From NCBI GenBank assembly GCA_051294905.1, contig CM119371.1, positions 1,860,001-1,924,000 on the forward strand: a stretch of DNA of 64,000 nucleotides. Reading direction: 5' to 3'. Origin of the DNA: Botryllus schlosseri (Eukaryota). This document shows positions 61,361 to 64,000 of the stretch, in pieces. The translations under genes were made by a program, and so were the position numbers. How positions within the stretch are numbered: the first letter of the stretch is position 1; each line of letters starts with the position of its first letter. The notes under the pieces are model-generated. The model searched no databases and was not told where the DNA came from. It saw only the letters and a list, made by a program, of their open reading frames with translations.

Positions 61361-64000
61361 AACATAGGTTCGCAAACAGCAACAAATAGCAGCATGATTG
61401 ATGATCAGTGCGGTCGATAATCGACGTAATCAGGGAGCGGTTACGCTACATAACTTAGTTACTCCCGCCATTTACCGGCTTCAAAAATCTAGCGTTTTTC
61501 GGTTATAACTCGTTTTTTGTTCACAATAGGGAAAACTTTGTTCTTAAGACTGATAGACACATGATGTTTTGGCAGCTTTCATGACCCCCTGACTAGTGGT
61601 TGCCGAGATGGGCAATTTCACCCCCTCTCGCACAGACAATACCGGCTGGAAAATGGAGGCAGTCCCTTAAAACCAATTTTAATTGAAGTTTCAAGTCATT
61701 TTTCGGGACTTGAAAACCCCCTTTTTAGGATTTGAAAAAAGTCATCTTCACTCCACCCTACAACGCATGCCTAATTGCCTATTAACATTCCAACATTTAA
61801 CGACAAATGACGAAACATATTCTTACATCTTCACCAAGTCTACCTACCTCTCATTCGAATTAAGTTCTGACACACGAAACAATTGTCTGGCATATATCCA
61901 GATTGCTATACAATCGTTTGTCAAATTGTTCGCGTCAAATAAACCAAAGAAAAAGCAAGGCTCAAATAACTGATTAATATTTATTTCAAATCGATTCTAT
62001 ACATTTCATAACAAGAAAACGCAGCCCAATACAACATAAAATCACGGAAATTTCAGCCACTACTCTCTAAGTCTAAGATGCAGATACTGATTAGCAGTCA
62101 TTAACAATACTCTTGAGTTATAATGAGTTGCGGATAATGTCAGTATAATTGCAAATTAGTCACAATGGACGGTAAGCGTAATTTATAGAATGTCAAGTAG
62201 CAAATCAAAATATCTCAGTAAAAAGGGTACATTGAATCACATCCATAAGATTATCTGAAATTTCGATTGTTATGGATTAACAATTTGCCTCTTTTTCTGT
62301 TAACTATGGTGTATAAGTCATTTAGAAGGAATTAATCACATATCAATAATAAACGAGGTCATCAAGAGAAATGAGCCAATTATATTATGCTCGAAGCATT
62401 TAGAATCACAAAGGTAGCAGAAAACTTGGTTATTGGTCATAAAAGCCAGAATAATCGTTGGCTCGAAGTATACAGCGACCGTCATTCTACAGAATAATAT
62501 CAAGGCCTTGAAATATTTTGGTAATGAAAGTTTTAAACTCGGTAAGTATACCTTTCAAGACACTCCAGAAGTCAACTGTACTAAAGATATAGAGAAAGAT
62601 CACTAGATCATGATGGAACATGGAGAATCCTACATAATTGACATTACAATGGATTTCATATACTACACTACATTCATTTTCAACAAAATTTTTAATTGTT
62701 TATTTTTTGGGGGTTTTGTGAAGTATTAAATTTCTATCATAATCCATCACACAAAACGTAAAGACAGTACACAGTACACACTCCACAGTACACATCAAAC
62801 AATATAACACTTTAATCATTTTTCCATATATATGATTTTTATGTAATTTTTATCATAATCAATTATTTTATGGGTGTAGGACGATGGTATATATTTATTT
62901 TATTCCGCGAGTCGATCCCAACCTGCGAGTAAATCCTTATAATAGCAGACAATTCAACAGGATGACGGCTTGAACTCTACTGTGGTCAAACAACCTCCGC
63001 ATTCAAATCCATTCAACCAGTAATTTGTGCCGCAGACCTTTCCTCTACGGAAATATATAGGTTCGACGTGACATTTATGGCATTACCATTGTTTTCGTCG
63101 ATTTGTGAATGTTTATGCAACTGTTTTAGTTACTCAATTGTAAAATGCATATTAGAAATAGTTTCGTGAAATTGCATCGAATGAACATCAAATAGTCCGT
63201 TTGAATTCTAAAACGAATAGCAGTAATTCTGCTCTGCATGTCTCGATTTTGTTGATGACGATTGGCTCTTGTACACGAGTAACAATGTTGCATCTAATGC
63301 CTTTTCCAATACTCCCTGAAAAACAAATACCTCTGAATAAATCAATATCCCAGTTATTCAATTACGTCAGCAAACTATTCGGACTATGAGAAGAAAATTA
63401 ACTGTTCGCACGGGTAGGCTATGTCATAGCAATGCACACTATAGAATTCGACTTGCTGTAGAGGACCTGGGATCAGAGTCGGATGAATCGTAGGGATTGA
63501 ATCTACAGGACGATTCGTCATTTAAATTTTCGCGAGACGATTCTCACGTATCGTTGGCACACAATCCAATATACGGTAACATATTTAGTCAGTACACGAA
63601 TTTCATGAAAATAACCCTGCAGACAACACATCGTATCGCGGGAGCGGTATTGGCTGGGACGGTGTACTTGTTAGAGGACTTTGTTGACAGTTAATATTTC
63701 GATTAGAGAAATTGCGGTGATGTTGACAATATCGAGTATCAATGACACTCAAAAAGTAGCTATCGACTTGTTTTATGGCATGCCTAAAATATTGGTGACG
63801 TTAAGCGTAATTCTGTCAGAATTGGATAATTAGGTAATTCTAGTTGTCTAATTAGACTAATTAGAACAAATGCCGGTAATGTAACTTGAATCTGTTTTGA
63901 GAAATGATTCTCTGCACTAATTTCAATCTAATTGGTAAATAATTTATATTTCCACATTTTAATTCAAACCCTAACTCTGGTTTTCCTGTAAATATTACTG

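Noticed and set aside
61900-62640. Hydrophobic minus-strand frame as a membrane-protein pseudogene
   Set aside because: Many stops; a bias toward F/I/L codons is expected in T-rich sequence.
1-64000. Remaining 60-120 aa ORFs in the track; tRNA, rRNA or tRNA-derived SINEs
   Set aside because: Most short ORFs fall in repeats or antisense to real exons; no cloverleaf, A/B-box pair or rRNA-like sequence was recognised.

Overview
AT-rich animal genomic DNA, not prokaryotic: it has canonical GT-AG introns (many of 53-76 nt) and dense DNA transposons. An ascidian-like invertebrate is my inference only. Main contents: (1) a minus-strand NACHT-LRR (NLR-like) gene with five reconstructed exons, 16091 to 1802, and no N-terminal death-fold domain. 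(2) A decayed Gypsy LTR retrotransposon (21063-28983) inside a non-autonomous hAT. It carries an apparently intact 3.9-kb PIF/Harbinger transposon (21506-25409) with a 2-exon DDE transposase and a 7-exon Myb/SANT gene. (3) Four tandem, partly decayed minus-strand exon cassettes at 41-54 kb that look SAM-like, two with a CARD-like exon. (4) Many hAT MITEs (several with 8-bp TSDs, several nested), TA-flanked foldback elements and LINE 3' ends. No rRNA, tRNA or CRISPR array is supportable. All domain calls are by-eye motif matches, not database results.
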